The translations under genes were made by a program, and so were the position numbers. From Felis catus (lineage: Eukaryota): a DNA stretch of 64,000 bases. Shown here one piece after another: positions 62,526 through 64,000 of the stretch (position 1 is its first letter; every line of letters begins with the position of its first letter). The stretch covers positions 158,164,001-158,228,000 of the forward strand of contig NC_058368.1 of NCBI RefSeq assembly GCF_018350175.1, in the 5' to 3' direction. Below the pieces are notes generated by a model. That model worked only from the letters and a program-made list of their open reading frames with translations. It was not told where the DNA came from and did not search any database.

Positions 62526-64000
62526 GTAATTTCTGCAGTACTGGGCTTTGCTTTTCTCTTGCTTTTAATTGTGAACTCTATCTTGACACAGATAATGAGG
62601 TTGCAAAGAGTTCCTACTGGAATTTTGGCAGATTTGATCTGAATTAAGATTTGATTCAAGAATGTAAGTGAAAATCATTACAAATTAATAAGAATTAAGA
62701 ATTAATAAGAATTCTTTTCCTGGGAAAAGAATCTTTAGAAATTGTTTCTATTTAGAACTAGAACCCAGTTATTGAAGGTATTTTCCCTATAGGAATTGCT
62801 GAACCTTAAATGTTTTGTTGGTGAACATGGCAGATTTAGAGGAGGAAACCAAATGCTCTTTTTTTCATGAGAATACACTATGAAAGAAGAACAGTGATAG
62901 CCTAGATTAATCCGTTATTCAGGTTCATAAACAAAAGGAAAAGAGAAAGTCTATTTTATTTGGCTCAATTGTGTGGAAACACTAGTAACACCAAATCTTT
63001 CCACTTTGAGATGGTTGTTTTTGAGCTTGTGAATTTCTCCTTCCACCGAATGACACACCATTATGTGGCCTTTCAACACTGGTCAACTTCTCCATGGAGA
63101 AGGGACCTGTGAATGTGCTGTCCTTCCAAAGGGCACTGGATGTGCCTCCCTTTTGCTACTTTTTACATTTTAGATCTCAATAGATATGCTCATCTTCATT
63201 TGATAGGAATTATCACTGTCATTTCCATTTGGTAAAACAGCCAAGTCCTAAATGGTACATGGAAAACCAGAAAGCATACAGTGATCATTATATTTTTTCT
63301 TTGTTATCAACATGGTTTCAAAAATTTTGCTCCTCTTCTTCCTGCAGTTTTGAAATATTTAATATGTTTCAATATATTCAATATAGGAAGAGATTGTTAT
63401 GAATAGAAGCTGCTATGGATTCTGCACTAAGGTTCACTCTACTTTCTACTGTCATTTTCTTACTAATATCCTTGAAAATATAATTTAGATTATTAATGAG
63501 CAGATTTGTAATGAAGTTTGCCATGGAGGGCAACTGTTTCTTTAAAATTAAAAAATAAGAGTAAACATTTATTTAGATTTTATCCTGTTTCTTTGTTAAA
63601 TTATTAAAAAATAAATTCCCATATGAAAAACCACATTTTCTCCCTTTACTAGCATGAAAATTACTACAGAGTGTCATTAAGTTCCCTTATCTACCCTACC
63701 TTTTAAGTATCTTCCCAGGTAAGATATCTATTAAATGATTTCCTATCTGAAAACAGTAGTGCATCTTTATTCTCCATACTAGGAAATAATTATTTTGGAT
63801 GTTATTCTCTATTAATATTAATTAAGAGTAACCTATGTACTTGAAAAGGGAAATCTTTCTAATGTGGTCAAGTGAATAATAGACTAGGTCTTATAGGAGT
63901 ATTCTCACTAAATATGTTATTACTTGAGAGCTTAAATATTACATCTTGAATGTACAGGCATCGTTGGTTTAGACAACATCTGATAGCACAGTATTAGGGT

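Noticed and set aside
1..64000. CRISPR arrays, tRNA or rRNA genes, prokaryote-type systems
   Set aside because: None seen; the tRNA-like A/B boxes belong to SINE heads and the DNA is clearly mammalian.

Overview
Mammalian (felid/feliform carnivore) genomic DNA, identified by about 35 Can-SINEs including a near-consensus SINEC_Fc copy. The only protein-coding gene I can support is the 5' end of calpastatin (CAST, + strand). A CpG island (~48.7-50.2 kb) holds two alternative first coding exons, 1xa (MSQPGQKPAASPRTRRAAAARQTQE) and 1xb (MAFASWWYKT). Both end in phase 0 and can splice to the 63-nt exon 1y at 62463-62525 (HAGEKTSGSPSKSGEKKGSDE); the rest of the gene lies beyond the window. The upstream ~48 kb is repeat-rich intergenic DNA (SINEs, L1, MIR, L2, MaLR/ERVL LTRs, hAT MERs, microsatellites). 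I found no evidence for a new multi-gene system. The most notable oddities are: a 114-bp piece of the CAST promoter copied into intron 1 between 8-bp direct repeats, an L1+SINE composite inside one target-site duplication, a 34-nt U2 snRNA retrocopy, an old local duplication inside a MER5, a nested inverted SINE pair, a candidate unidentified retrocopy and a candidate upstream exon. Repeat subfamily names are from recall of consensus sequences and their boundaries are approximate.
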